64,000 nucleotides of DNA from the human T2T-CHM13v2.0 reference genome, Homo sapiens (GCF_009914755.1 NC_060929.1), one strand, 5' to 3'; shown: positions 12,655 through 29,174, numbered from the stretch's first letter. Numbers and translations: made by a program. Notes: generated by a model not told the origin, from the letters alone.

Positions 12655-15600
12655 GACAGCCTTTTCAACAATGGTACTGAGACATTTGAATATCCATAGG
12701 CAAAAATAAATGAACTTAGATCAATATCTTCCACTACATAAAAAAATTAACATCAATGGTCATAGACTGGCAAGCTAAACTCCAAACTATAAAACTTGTA
12801 GATGAAAACATAGAAAATACCTCTGTGACCTGGTGTTAGGCAAAGATTTCATAGATATGAAAGGTAGCATGAACCATAAAAGAAAAATTTGAAACATTGA
12901 ACTTCGAAATTAAAAACTTTTGCTCCTCAAAAGATTTTAAGAGAATAAAAAGACAAACTACATACTGGAAGAAAATATTTACAAATCATATATTTGATAA
13001 AGAATGTATAAGAATATAATAAGAAACTCTCAAAATTTAATAACAAGAAAACAACCAGTTTTTTAGGATTAATTTTAATTTTGCAAAACAAGTCTTTAAA
13101 AAAAACAAATCACTAGGAAAAGACAATCTAGACCTAGAATTTTTGGCAAATAAACTCTACCTCAATTTTCAAACTATTGTGGCTACAAGAAAATAGAAGA
13201 ATAACAATTAGAATTGGGGTTAAAACTGAATAAACAAATATATAGTTACTCACTAAAATAATAGTTTTAGCCAAGTCAACTGCAAAGAGATATGCAGAAT
13301 GTTAATACAATGAGTTGGATCTTAACATGTATTTGATAATATCTTATATTCTACTGGCTACTTAATAACCTGATGCAAAAAAAAAAAAAAGCTTTTTTGA
13401 AGAGTAGACAAATACCGATAAAAAACACGTGCTCAGCACTTCTGTGTACCACTCATGAAGACATCAAGGACATCCCTGAGAGTTGGGAATGGGGAGGGCA
13501 TCATTCATCTACAGGAATGTGGAAGATGTAGAGAAGCCTGAAGTCATCATATGCATAATATGGCATATAAAACACATCCAGAAAATGCAAGTAAATTAAA
13601 ACTAAAAATACTTTGCCCCAATCCTCTTAAGCCAATGAGAATATTCTCTTTTTTTAAGAAAGTAAAGGAATGAAAGAATGACTACTCCATAGGCAGAGAA
13701 GCCGAGAATATTCTTAAAATTGCACTTTCTTAACATGTAAGTTATGTCTTCCAAATAGCCTCCTGAGCTCAAAAATAAGGTAAAAATCCCTGTTGAACTA
13801 GTATTTGCTACTTTACCCTCACCGTTGCGCTGTCTCTGTCTCTGTAGGTAAGGAGAGGATGTGTTCACAACAGCTAAGAAACAAACCTGCATGCGTACCC
13901 TCTGAATCTAAAATAAAATAAAGTAAGAAATCCTCAAGATAGTAAAGTATAACTGAAAAGTCAAAAATCAATGGGTTGAATGGTTGATCTATACTGAGGA
14001 TATATTTGGCCTCATTACCCATACTTCGTATTATAGTGCTACATTACTTTATGACAATCACAGATATTAGGAAGGAAAACCGTAAGGCAATGCAGAAAAA
14101 AATTACTGTGAACCAAGAAGCCTAGATCAAATTCTCCCATTGCTTGGGGATTCTACAAGAGTTGTAATCTTCAGTTAATGGACTAAGTGGTCTGGAGGTC
14201 CTGTTGCTCCTATGTTCTTCAGTGACACAAGAGACTTTTAGGTCGTCCATCCATGTATCATTGGCAAAGCTTCTGGGGCTTTGTACACACCATGGTTGTG
14301 GATCTTAGCAGGGACGACACCAGTCTGGCTAGCTATTGGACTCAGGTTTAAAGCATTATTGCCTGAACCAGGGCTAAATTCTCCCAATAGAAGGGATGTA
14401 AATTTAGAAATTCCAGAAACAAAGTCTAGGACAATGTTTAGATGTCTAGTTTGTATGACAAAACAGTAACAGCCCTATGATTTGTAGGGGGTCTATATTG
14501 TCAATTCTACTGGAAAGAACACTTTGCAAAATATTTAAATCTTTTCTGCACTTAAAAAAAAACAGCAAATGTGTCTTCACACCTTAATTTTAGCTGCTAA
14601 ATTTTATTGACCAAATGGTTTTATTTAATGCTTTTGCATTACATCTTTAAGTACAGTTTCTCCAGGTATTTTCTTTTCCAGGAAAAATAGGTGGAAATTT
14701 TGCCTTTGTCTCATTTTAATAAGATTAGCTGCAAGCCTGTATAAAATGCCCATTTTGCTGTTGTTATCAGGAAAATGCAATGCCCTGGATTCTAAATATT
14801 AAACTAAGAAAGACTGTAAGGCAGAACATGCATTTTACACAGCTTCAATTACTGACTGCCTTCTGCTTGTGCTGGGGCAACACCTTTTGCCCCATCTTTC
14901 TCTGGCTGTTGACCAGAAGCAGGAAGTACAGAGATACATTTTAGTGATGAAGGAAAGGGGCTGCATCAAGGGTGTCTTCAGGCCTTAAAAATATTTTTGA
15001 CCATATAAATTCTCATTTCATCTAAACAGGTTTCTCACACACCTCTCAAAGAAGTCTAAAAAGCCATTCTAGCAGAGGTAATGTCAACATATTCAATTGT
15101 AAATAAACTCTGAATGTGAAGTATATGAATGAATCATTGCTTTGTCATTTGTTTTGTGAAGTTCACTTTTCAGAAAATATTATTATATTGAGGTTTACCT
15201 TGTCCAAACTCAAAGACCTGAAGACATTCTAACAAAGCTATTGACTATTTCCCTTTGCCCTTAGCATATATTACAATGACTTTGGCTCTTTAGACTTGTA
15301 CATGCCGGCATATAATTTATAAGTTGCTAGAATTCAGTTTTTCTTTACCAAATTAAGTATGTTTATACTAGAGATAAGAAAAATAAAGCTTACCAGAAAA
15401 GCATGGTCTTTTTCATATTTTTCCAGCTGTCTCTGTCAGAACTCACTGCCCGTTGCTTGAAACAACATCTTTCTTCCTGGCTGTGAGCTCCTGAGATGTT
15501 GGATTTGCTGTTTATATAATCTTTTATTCAAAACATTAAGAACTACATCTTTGGGCAATTTTTAAAAATTAAGGATACAGCAGTAAGCAGACAAAGTCCC

Positions 15601-15701
15601 TGCTCTTTGGAGCTTTCTTTAGATGATGAGTGTGAAGTAATGTAAATAATCAACCATACATTAGGAAGGGGTTCATATGTACTCAGTTCTGTCCTAGGGA
15701 C

Positions 15702-16036
15702 TGTATTAGTCCATTTGAGCTGCTATAACACACACACCATAAACTGGGTGACTTAAACAACAAACACTTATTTATCACAGTTCTGCAGACTGGGAAATCC
15801 AAGATCAAGGTGCTGGCAGATTTAATGTCTGTCGAGGGCCTGCTTCCTGGCTTGCAGATGGCAGTCTTCTCACTGCCATGATGTAGTTATTAGGTTGTTG
15901 CAAAAGTAATTTCGGTTTTAGCAATTTTTAAAAGTAATATCTCCCCAAAGCCCCACCTCCAAATGCCATCGCCCTGGGGATTAGGCCTCAACATATGAAG
16001 TTAGGGTGTGGGTGACACAGCATTCAGTCCGTAGTA
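15702..16036 (-). mobile_element. MLT1A-like solo LTR with internal deletion
   Basis: tgtattagtccatttgagctgctataaca...cattcagtccgtagta; TSD gggac/gggag. Confidence 0.8.
15890..15938. mobile_element. Half MADE1 (Hsmar1 mariner MITE)
   Basis: TA followed by ttaggttgttgcaaaagtaatttcggttttagcaatttttaaaagtaat; second TIR absent. Confidence 0.7.
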
Positions 16037-16769
16037 GGGAGCCTTGTGGAGTGGAAGGATCCAGGTTCCTTAGGACTAGAGTGGCAGACAAGCTTTTGCT
16101 GGGACTTCAGCTGGTGTCTCACTTTTGTAACACTGTTTTCATCTCACAGGGTAGGGACCACAACAGAGACAAGCTGGGCTGCAGCGCTCATAAACTGATT
16201 CCAGGCAGATTCTCTTTAAGCGTGTTTTACCTTTCTTTCTTTAAACCAGCCCTTACCTGTTTACTGGAGAAAAACTTCTTTCCTTTCTCTTTTATTCTTC
16301 ACTTCCCTCTTGATTTCATTTCATTTCACCTACTGATGGCTTTTAAACATTAGAGTAGTATGAATAAAACATTTTAAAGCCCAAATAAAATCTGTGTTTT
16401 GAAATAAAATTAGCTAAAATTAATAAACAGTGACAGCAACCTCACCAAAAAGCCCTGACAGGCATGTAGAATTCTCCTTAAGGAAGTCTCCATCTGACTC
16501 CTTATCATACTTTCATTGGCTCCCCTCTTCCCCAAGTTGACCACTTAAATCAACCTGCAGACTTACCCAGTTTTCATTCCAGAACATGACCAATTCAGAC
16601 AGTATTTAAGGATTTAAGAAATTCTAGCCACCTCTCTCCACCCAGGACTCAGCCTGAAGTCATATTTTACTGATGAATGAAAATAAATATCATTAGGCTA
16701 AGGTCTGGGGTGTATATTATTATTATTGTTGTTATTTTTAGAAGTATGCTATAATAAAGAATGTTTCTT

Positions 16770-17071
<302 letters not shown>

Positions 17072-17769
17072 AAGAATGTTTCTTAAAATAAGACTCTAAC
17101 CAAACTTAGGATCATTTGCTGAGTTTCTTTAAAATGCCTATGTCTGGGCCTCACATCATATGGTTCAAAATTGCTGGAGTTGAGACCTGGAAATCTGTAT
17201 TTTAATAGCATCCTATGCATTTCTGATACACACTCAAGTTTTGAGATCCTTAAGGGTCCCAAACACAGTCCCAAACACAGGGAAAATATATTTGTATCTA
17301 CACATAAGTCATTTTGTTTATCTGAGTATATAGGACCGGAGAAATTACACTTAAAAAATACTTTTTAAAAAATTACCTTTATAAATTACTTTTTAAAAAT
17401 GACTCTTTAAAGAAATTAGTATTATGAAACTTCATGGTCATATGACTGGAACTTTTAGTGATTTTTCCCCATATTTGCATATTAATTCAAGTCCTTCTTT
17501 ATATTTCAACCTCAACTTGAATTATGTTATTTTATTCTACCTGATTCCATTGAGTAATTATTTATGTATTTATTTACCAAACAACTGTTTAGGGTCACTA
17601 TGGTCCAGGCACTATGCTAGGATTGGGGATACTTTTGAGGACCTTAAAAATTAAGGGGAGATGTGGTCAAGGGAGTACTGAAGTCATCTAGGTAAGTAGG
17701 AAATTATAACACAACAGGGCAAGCATCATGATGAGAGGTGCACAATACTCACACGAAATAAACTATTAA

Positions 17770-18111
<342 letters not shown>

Positions 18112-18557
18112 AGGTGACCCATTTTCTAACCACAACACCAATCCTCTGACTTCTACAGCTGCAGAGCCACCCAACAATGAGCCTTGTCTTCATTTTTCTG
18201 CCACCAGCAAAATGCTCTATATCAGTAAGGCTTTAGAAAAAGGAACGTAAAAAGTAGTTTAGATGTAATTGTAACTGGAATAAAATATCCCCAATTCTGA
18301 GGGACTTTTTCTCAATAGGGAAGAATAAATATTTCTATTGCCCCTCTTACTTTCCAGAAATAGGTAGGTATAATAATCCTGCTCAAGAATGGAATCAGGA
18401 GTTTCTAAAGAAAGACAAGTAATTTCAAAATGTTCACTGATTCTTTAGATTGCTAGAGATGGTCTTGGAGTAAATTGTTTAACAAAACACCTTAATCAAT
18501 CTCCAGATTTGGAGACAAGTGACCTGATCCTAGTTTGGTTCCAATGGATTGTAGTTA

Positions 18558-18780
18558 GGTCAGTTTCTCGACTGCACATTATTGACATTTGGGGCTGGAT
18601 AATTCTTGGCTATGAGAGGCTGTCCTATGCATTGTAGGAGTTTTGCAGCATCCCTGTCCTCTACCCACTAGATGCCAATAGAACCTCCCTGCTCAGTAGT
18701 GACAATCAAAAAGGTCTCCAGATATTGCCAATGTGCCCTGGGAGCAAGGGAGCAAAACTACCCCCAGTCAAGAACCACTG
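18558..18780. mobile_element. MER20
   Basis: ttgacatttggggctggataattctt...ctctacccactagatgcca...tctccagatattgcca...agaaccactg. Confidence 0.85.
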
Positions 18781-19530
18781 GGTTACACGGGTTAACTGCC
18801 TAACTGTAGTTAGAAAGCACTAGAAAGTAACAGCAATTTGGGGAGGTTAACCTGGCATCTAGGGAGAAACGTAAGGAAGAGGTTAGCTTCCAGCAACATA
18901 CCAAGCCTAGTTTGAGAAAATCCCAGTGATAGGGAAGTCGTTGGTTTTATAAGAAGAGTAATGTCTAATAAAATTGTAAATTTAAAATTGTTTTCTGTTT
19001 TGTCCTGAACTGAAATTTCTCTTCTCTCTCTCTCTTTTTTTTTCTTTAACCTGCAAACATCCAGTAAAATTCTATTGCATAGCAATAAGGGAATTGTAGC
19101 CTCCTCAACTTGACCCCGCTGGTGCCCAGAATTCTAGCGACCAAGAGTGAAATAAGCAAGATGACCCTGGAAATTGTGGGTAGGAGCCAGAGAACAATGG
19201 AGAAGCCACACTGACTTACTTAGATGAGGACGTGAGACATGCTGTCTTTTCCCCAAATACTGCAGGAAGGTAACCACTGTGGGAGAGGAGATACATTCTC
19301 TTATTGTATCTTTCTCTTTCCTGGAAAAGTTTTTGAATATAATAGCAGGTTATCATATTTCAAATGGATTAGGCACCCTATTTTCTATATGCATGGGAAA
19401 GGATTAGACAACCTCCTGGAACTTATTTTTAAATTGGTAATTTTAAAGGAAGACATGAATGCTGAAACAATGAACACTCAGTACTTTTGATTTTAATTAT
19501 ATTTTTAAATGAATGATTGAGGTAAGGGTG

Positions 19531-19849
<319 letters not shown>

Positions 19850-21516
19850 TGAGGGAAGGTATTTTTTTAAAAGCTTATTAATTGTGGAGAAACTATAAGA
19901 ATATACAAAATAAATCCTTGCATTTTTTGCACATAGTCAAATTAGGATAGTGGGGATATGGATAATGCTTTTTTTCCTGCTAATTTTTTTCAAATGTCAC
20001 TAACCCTTTTTAGTAAAAATAATGTATATATATATATAAATTATATAATAAATAGCTAGTATGTGTATACGTTAGTTAGGTGACCCCACCACAATTAAGA
20101 AATTTAAACAATGGATTCAATATAAAACAGGTAAGATTACCTTTATACAGAAGTGATTCCAACAAAGTAGGATTTCCTCAGGCTGAATGTGGGACTAGGA
20201 CCTATAATGTAATCAAGACTTAAACAAATGTGAAGGCCAGAAAACTGGACCCCAGCATTTCTACTGCTGTTCATGCTGAGGGAATTACTTGAGAAATAAA
20301 AGGTGCTCAGATTAGCTTGAAACATGCCATGAAGTAGGTTCATAATTCACATCAATACATAAAGACTCTGCAGAAGTCTTGCAGGAATAAGCACTTAACA
20401 TTGCTTAACCCCAAATTTTCCAAGCTTACGTGTTATTCTATGGGATGTACTTTGCATAACATGACTGGTTTTAGCATCTGAAGAAAACATGAGCAAACAA
20501 GTATGAATAGAGAGATGAGAGAGGTTGGTACAGAATCAAAAAAAAAAGGAAAAACCCCCAAATTAACAAAGCGTCATCTCTCTTTAGCACCAGGTGGAGA
20601 AGACGCTGACTGATGACCATGGGTATTTGGTTTGGTTTGTAGGCACGCACCCAGGTGGAGATGACATGCCAGGCCTTTATTGACAATAGCCATTGAGATC
20701 ATTCAGTTGCTCCTCTGATTCCATTCTCAGAAAACAGCATTTTGACTACAATTTGGCTTTTCATATAACTTTATTCATAGGGAGAAAAAGCAATAATGCT
20801 ATTCCTGTGTGCTTGGTAATTTCCTTTTGCAAGTAATTAGCTTTCTGGCATGAGTCTCTTCTGCATTTTATCAGCTGACTAAGTCCATCTAATCCTAACT
20901 ACTTCAGAAAACTCTGGAAAAAAATCAGCTTTGTACCTGCAAGCTAAGGATTAAGCTTAGGTTTTAATGGTTCTTCCTAGTTACTCACATTTCTTTCTAG
21001 TTCTTGCCAAAAGACATGCCTAATTTTAACATAGCTATAATCACAGCAGAAATGCAATTTATATTCTGCTTTTTTCTATGTTTCCAGATTGCTACATAAT
21101 TTCTGTAATGATCATTTTTAATGGCTGCATCATAGCTAATGAAAGTGATAATTTCTTAAGAATAATTTGCCAAGCCATTCTTTAATTGTTAAACTGTTAA
21201 GCTGCTTTTGATTTTTCCATAGATATATAATGAACACCTTTGCATTCTAGCCTTTTCTTTCCTTAGAATTTTGATTATTATATCAAGTGGTATAAATGTT
21301 TTCATGGTTCTGTAGATGCATTGCCAAATCATTTCTTAAATGGAGAGAAATAATTTACATGTTTAATGCCTCTCAGCACTGATTTAAATTTTGAAAATAA
21401 ATGCTTAATGGAATAAAAAAATGATGTTCTTCTCATTAAAAAATAATGGATTCAACATACAGAAATTTAAAAAGAATGATTCTGTTCAAAGAAGAAATTC
21501 CAGGAATTAAGCGTTA

Positions 21517-22600
<1,084 letters not shown>

Positions 22601-23174
22601 AAGTGGAGAGAAAGTAGCAGGATCAAGCAGATGTTTAAGCAGGAAATACATATTTGAAGAAGGGACCAGGAAAGACGCTAAGAATAAAGATTCTAAACAA
22701 GTGCAGGGCGCGTTCAACATGCATAAACTCGCTGTGGTAAGAGCAAAGCTGTGTATGCAAAAATCTCTTAAAACCTGCTAATCACATGCTCTATAATAGT
22801 AGCTTTCAAACTCTGTTGACAGTAACCAAGAGTAAGAAAAACATATCTGAAACAAAAGTTTCACTCTGATATTTTCTATTGTTATTTTCCATTTGTTCAT
22901 CATCTTCCTCTTCCTTGTCCTCCATCTCTCCCTTCCTCTTCTTTACTCCTCCTCTTCCTACTCCTCCTCCTGCTCTTCCTTCTAGTGGAGTCCCACTAAA
23001 TACATTTCATAACCCACAATTTGGAAAACTCTGACCTACAGGGTGGCCTTAAAAGCAACATTTATTTTGGGAGAGTTGTATTACATAAATATTTCTCCAC
23101 TATATGCAAAAATATTTTATCATAGCTCTTAAAATATATATAATTCTGATTCATATCAAATACCAATACACTAT

Positions 23175-23480
23175 AATCTTCTTCTTCCTTCTACTAACAA
23201 GATTAGAAGAGCTAAATATTTCGCCAGACTCCCTTACAGCTATTCAGCTGAGGGGCCAGGTGTCCAAGTTCTGACCAATGAGACCTAAGCAACTATCTGC
23301 TGGGATTATTGGAAAGCATTTGTTTTCCTGCTGTTGCTGTTCTGTGCCTTTCCTTCCTGCCTTAAAAGTGAAAGTCATGCCTGAAATGGAAGCAGCCACA
23401 TTGTGACCATGGATGAAAAGTCAAAAGAATCCCAGGGGTATTGGTCCTGACAATGTTGAACCTCTGAAATGAGGCCAACT
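23175..23480 (+). mobile_element. MLT1J-like LTR fragment
   Basis: aagttctgaccaatgaga...ttccttcctgcc...gcagccacattgtgaccatg. Confidence 0.55.
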
Positions 23481-24111
23481 TCACTTTGTGACACTTTCTG
23501 CATCACTAAACTTCAGGAGAAAATGGTCTTCATGTCCAAAGCACAGAGCAATTCTATATCTGGTCCTTCAGTTCACACATTTGCCTTATCTTCATTAAAC
23601 CTGGAGGTCCCAGCCAGGTATGGATGAGCCTTGCGTGAAACAGAGAAGAGCAGGGCTTCACCATTGCACCTCAAAAACCAGAGAAAGCACCAAATGGAGC
23701 TTGTTTCATATTAGTTTCTATAAAATTTCATATTGGTTTCTATAAAAATAGAGGGTCTTCACTACAGTGGGCTAGTTGATTTTGAGTCTTGAGAGGATAA
23801 ATTGACGGTAAGCATAGAAGACCCTAGCCCTGAGCTTTACGACTTCCCTGGCTTTTCCTTCTCACAATTAGTAGCTTTTCAGAAACACCATCATTGGCAC
23901 AAAGGGTGGCAAATGAGTTATGATGTTCAGGTTTCCCTGGGAATTCTGGCCAGGTGGTGAGTCTCAGTCTTATTAATTTGCACTTCCTGTTGCTGACCTT
24001 GTGGGGAAGGTCAGAGTCTCTCCAGGTGATAAGAACAGACAGGACTGAACCATTCTTTGGGCTTAGTGTGAGTCACTCACTGCAAATTGATCAAGTTACT
24101 GTGATACCCCC

Positions 24112-24774
24112 TGTATTAGTCAGACTTCCCCAGAGAAACAAAACCAATAGGATGTGTAGATAGACAGATATGTAGATAATAGATAGATATTTGTCTTTAT
24201 ATATATGTATAATATTGATAGAGCTATAATATAGATAGATATGGATCAATTTATCAATCAATAGATAGATTTATTTTAAGGAATTGGCTCATGAAAGTAT
24301 TGGGCCTGGGAAATCTGAATTCTGCAGGGAAGTCCAGCAGCCTAGAGACTCAGGGAAGAATTGCTGTTGCAACTTGAGCCTGAAGATTGTCTGGAGGCAG
24401 AACTTCTTCCTTGAGGGACCTTTTTTTTTCTCAATGTTGTCAACCGATTGAATGAGGCCCACTCACATTTTGGGGAATAATCTGCTTTATTCAAAGTCTA
24501 CTGAATCAATGCCAGGTGCAGTGATGCACACCTATAATCACAGCACATTGGGAGGTCAAGGTGGGAGGATCACTTGAGGCCAGGAGTTTGCAACCAGCCT
24601 TGGCAGCATAGCGAGATCCAATCTCTGAAAAAAAAAAGAAAAAAAAAAAAGCCTACTGAATTAAATGTTAAACATATCTTAAAAATACCTTCACAGCAAC
24701 ATCTAGGCCAATGTCTAACCAAATATCTGTGTATTATAGCCAAGACAAGTTGACACGTAATGGTAACCATCACA
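24112..24774 (-). mobile_element. MLT2 (C/D-like, ERVL) solo LTR with GATA-rich tract
   Basis: tgtattagtcagacttccccagagaaacaaaaccaatagg...ttattttaaggaattggctcatg...aagttgacacgtaatggtaaccatcaca. Confidence 0.85.
24510..24650 (+). mobile_element. FLAM (Alu monomer) inside MLT2
   Basis: Single arm plus A tail; TSD aagtctactgaat/aagcctactgaat. Confidence 0.8.
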
Positions 24775-27759
24775 TCCTCTGATTAATAAATCACACTTCC
24801 CCTTTACTGAGCCTCTCCAAATAGGAGGACAGAGGTGTCCCTAAGGAGCTGTCTAGCTTTCCAAGTACTTTTTTCTACCTCTGTCAGCTGAATTAAGATT
24901 TTCTTCAAAGGAAAATGCAGCACTCAGATACATTCTTTGAATTTAAGAGGTTTTGTTCAGGAACTTGGAAATAATCAGTTTATAAGTGCAGCCTAAAATA
25001 TTTCTGTCTGTAATTTTAATTATCTTGAGTTTGCAGATTGTACTAAAATAGCTAGCACCTATTTTCTTCCACTTAAAATGCTCCAGAATTTCTGGCAAAA
25101 GGAATAAGCTATAGGAGAAAACAAGTTTTTCATATTTTCATGCATATAGATTTTAATTTTCTTATCTGCAAATTTAGGAAGTTAGACTACATTATCTCTA
25201 AAGTCCTTTTTAAATGCAGTGTTTTTGAGTTCATAATCATAATGAGTAGAGTGAGTAGCCACTTGTCCCATGGAAGAGTAGAATATAGGTGTGTGTAAGG
25301 TAGGGGCCTGCTAGGTATTTTGTTTTTACATATGGCAATGACTCAAGTCACCAAAGCACAGTTCTGTTCTTTTTCCTTCCTTGTCATCACTCCCCACACT
25401 CTACCATTCCATCGTGACTGCCAAGAACAAATAATCTAGGTTATCAATGGCCAGGTTCAGTGGCGACCCTGCCAAGTGTAAAACAAAGTTTATTTGCATA
25501 AACAAGAAGACCTGGTTTGTGAGCATTGCCACTAGGATCTATACAAAGGGACTGGGAGGGATGAGACTGGCTCTTTTTGGACAGATGAGGCTTTGTGGAG
25601 CCTTCTAGCCTTATGGAAGGATGCAGGCACTGGACCTGCCCAATCTCAAGGAAGAGGCACCAGGAGAATCCACCCAGAGACTTTTGAAGGAAGCATTCTG
25701 GAAGATAGAGCTGGTGTGCATTTCTCATCTTGAATCCTCTGAAAAGCTGGTGTCAGCCAGTACAGCTGAGAGACAGGAAAAACATGTCTGAGATAGCCCA
25801 CGTCCCCACTGTGCGGTGTGGCAAAGGCATGTGAGATTTCCATGGGCTCAGCATGAGCTATAGAAGTTGGTGAGCCCTAGAATCTGGCTGCTACCCAGGC
25901 CTATAGCTGCGGGATGACTAGAGATGGGTTTCTGGGGGCAAGGGAAGGAAGTGCATTCCTGTGGGTCTGTCCATATCTAAAAGCTATGCAGAGGAGCACA
26001 TTAAGTGCACCACACATTACAGCTTGCAACAGACAAGGACAGATCGGCTGGAGGCAGCCAAAAAGCAGACCAAAAGCCAGATGCAGAACCTCCCCATCAC
26101 CAATATTCAGCCAGGTTCCTGAGGCCTCTTCCTTCTTTTTCTGAGGCTGAGGCTGCCAGGAAATGATCAGAGTGAGGGCCTGTGGGAGCTTAAGAGTCAG
26201 ACGGGAGGAAGGGGCAAGCAGAAACTCAGAGGGAGTGTTAAACTAGATGAAAACTGGTAGTAATAATAATAATAATAATGCCTGTACTTGACCGAATGCA
26301 TACTGGAGAGAGATCCTGTTACAGTTCAGTTCAAAGGGGCTAAAAAAATGACAGGGTTGGCCTCAGCTGTCTAAATTGTCCTGAATTCAGTTTTCCTCTC
26401 TCTAGGCAGATATGAGGACTAGTCAAAGAAATGTGCACACTGATAAAAACAAAATGAGATTTATATTTGCACATCACCGCTTGGTGACTTTGCAATGCAT
26501 ATACGCTGCATGGAAAGTTCTAGAATGATTCTTTTAAACCCAGCATTATCTTTCAAAGATATTTAAGCATGGCAAGTGTTTGCCACACTTGTTTATGCCG
26601 AGTGGTTTTATATGGACTGATTTAATCCGGCTGAATTCAGCCTTGCTTTGCTAATTTTGGTAACCTTCCCAGTGGAAAGAAGGGCTGAGACGATTGGAAA
26701 GAGTTTGGAAAAGGGGAGAGGGGGCTAGGGTGGTCGTTAGTAAATCTGTCTTCAGACTGCTGGCTGCTACTTCTTAGAAGGACAATTTGACCAAAACAAA
26801 AGGTCAGGTACCTGTTGTTTCCAGGTGAGAGAATGTTTATTATACATAATGCCAGCATACAGGTGGGACCCAGTAAATGATAATAGCTTCTTCTGTTATT
26901 TGCAGATGCATAATCTTTCATGGCATCATCACTGCTAGGAGACTTCTCTTAAAGTGGCTCAGCCAACTTCATACCTGAGTTCCTGGAAGAAGTTGGTCAG
27001 CAGGGGTGGCCCCATGACCTTCCAGTGTGCAAGGGCATTAGTGCATCTGGGTAGATAATCCTGTGCTTCCGATTCATTGGCCCTGTGTCTAGTTGTTTTG
27101 CCTGCATTTCTTCCCGTAGGAAATTCCTAGTATGTGCTAGTACCCAGCAAATTTACTCTGAAACATTTTTACTCCACAGGGCTTTTTTCTTCTTCATTGA
27201 TTTTTGGCTTCTGATTTCAGAACTTCTGCCCCAACTAACTGGTAAATGCAGCTGGATACCATCTGGTTTATGTGCTTTGCCATCACAGATGACCTACCTC
27301 AGGCAGGTACCACTTGATTTTCCTTTCCTTAAGGTCAGCCAGTATACGGAGAGCACAAGTGGGAAACGTTCAGGGACTTTCTGAATCTAAATTAGCTTTC
27401 CTCAAAGGGTGGTATATGCTAAGCCCTGCAGACAGCGTTTAAGTGAAAGATAAGTCACCCTGCAGATAAAAAATATACAGAACAACTGCCATTTAATGTG
27501 CACTTGTATAGTCTCTAACGCCCCCAAGAGTCTTCTGGGATGAGGACCCCAAAGTGTGAGGGGATGAAAGAACTTGCTCAAGCCCACACAGCTGGAAAGT
27601 GGGTTTGAACCCAGTCCTGCCTGACTTCAGAGTTCACATTCTTGCCTCTGTGCCAAACTGCCTCCCAGGCGTCCTTGACCAAAGAAATAATATGCATTGG
27701 TTGAAAGGAGGGATTTTGTGTCGCTTCAAAGGGTAGAGGTGGAATCACAGGGTGAAGCC

Positions 27760-27990
27760 AAAGGAGGCAGATTTCAGTTCAGCGTAAGACAAGACTTTTA
27801 ACCACGGGAGGTGGCCAAAAAAATGGGATGAGCTATTTTGCAAGCCAGTGAGTTCGTGGCCTAGAGGGATTTGCTCAAACTCAGACAAGTGCAGATCTGT
27901 GCTACTGCCCGGAGCATTCCTGCTTCAGCTGGGAGGTTGGACTGCACAATTTTTCAGGCTCTCCCAACTCAAGAGTCTATAGTTCTGTGA
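27760..27990 (+). mobile_element. L3/CR1-like 3' end
   Basis: ggaggcagatttcagttcagcgtaag...gggaggttggact...ccaactcaagagtctatagttctgtga. Confidence 0.55.
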
Positions 27991-28019
27991 TTTTTAGAGG
28001 ACATGTCGCAGAAAGGTGA

Positions 28020-28460
28020 CTTCTGTTCCTCAAGCATGCCAGGTTCATCCCGGAAGCTGTTGTAGGCCTACACTTGCTGTGAGGCCTCTGGGCTGGTTCT
28101 ATCCTCTGCTGAATGTTCTCTCCAACACGATTACCCCCAGGCTAACTTTACCTCCACATCTTTTCAAAGAGGCCTACCAGACCACCCTATTTAGAATTTA
28201 CCCTTTACAAAAAGTGCATCTCTGCCAGCACTCCCAATTCCTCTTCCTCTGTTGTAACTTTTTTTTTTTTTTGGAGCACTTATCATCACCTTTTATACTA
28301 TGTAATTTACTTTGTTAATTCATTAATTGTTTATTGTGTTTCTTCCTCTGCCAGTTCTGTGGGGCCAAGGTTTTTTGTTTTTTAAAAAAATTTTGCATCC
28401 TAGTACCTAAATGGTCTGTGTGATGTTGTAGGCAATCAATAAATATTTGTTGACTAAACG
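28020..28460 (+). mobile_element. L2a 3' end
   Basis: ctgttcctcaagcatgccagg...taggcaatcaataaatatttgttga. Confidence 0.7.
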
Positions 28461-29174
28461 ATGGAACCACGCAGGGAAGTCTGAGCTCAGGCTGTGCTGA
28501 CACCCAGGTAGACAATGTTGGGTAAATCACTTCACCACTCTGGTCTCAGATTCCTCTTGGCGTCTGTACATCTGTAAAAATAATTGTGTGATTTTAAAAT
28601 TCAATTGGGTGAGTTGTTGCATGCCTCTTAAAAATACACCAGGTAATTTCAAATGAACACCATACAAATGTAAGAAGAAAATATGCCAGTCATCACTTTT
28701 GAACCACACTTTGGTCTTTCTGCAGCTGCGTGGCTAACCTAAGCCTTTTCACACTCAGGTTCTTTGTTATTCTGAGAGCCATTTATTATTGGAAACACAT
28801 CACTGAAAGATAAATCTAGTGACCAGTGCACTTCCTGTATGAACCCTTATGCTGGGGATTTTCCACTGCTTGGTTACTGCTTAGGGGAAAATTTTAGAGC
28901 AGCAGGAAAAAACATTGATGATTTGCTCCTGTTACTGGCATAAGTCATGATTGGCACCTCTAAGCACACTGGGGATATAGCAGCTAGTCTGATTGTTTGT
29001 TTGTTTTTTTTTAATCCACACACATTTTGTGAGTTTTACTATTATTTTCAGGTGTAGTTAGATGGCTTCACAAGAATATGGGGGAAGCATGTTATATGGG
29101 CTATGTGAAAGTATATAGTTGTTAGATAATCATAATTATTAGATAGCTAGATATTTGTCAATCTAATATATGTA

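Larger units (their letters stand above)
8770..13055 (+). mobile_element. Ancient L1M (L1MC/MD/ME-like): 5'UTR, ORF1 and ORF2 fragments, interrupted by younger elements
   Basis: acttccagccaagatagag 5' end; A-rich ORF1-like stretch 10700-11300; RT/C-terminal ORF2 remnants (gaaagactcaatat, ctgacactactt, atcaatggaatagaata). Confidence 0.75.

Noticed and set aside
23704-23747. 22-bp tandem duplication (also a 12-bp one near 17257-17280)
   Set aside because: Ordinary slippage duplication; no spacers, so not CRISPR-like.
25440-26330. Possible very old ERVL/Gypsy-like LTR
   Set aside because: Could not assign termini or family by eye.
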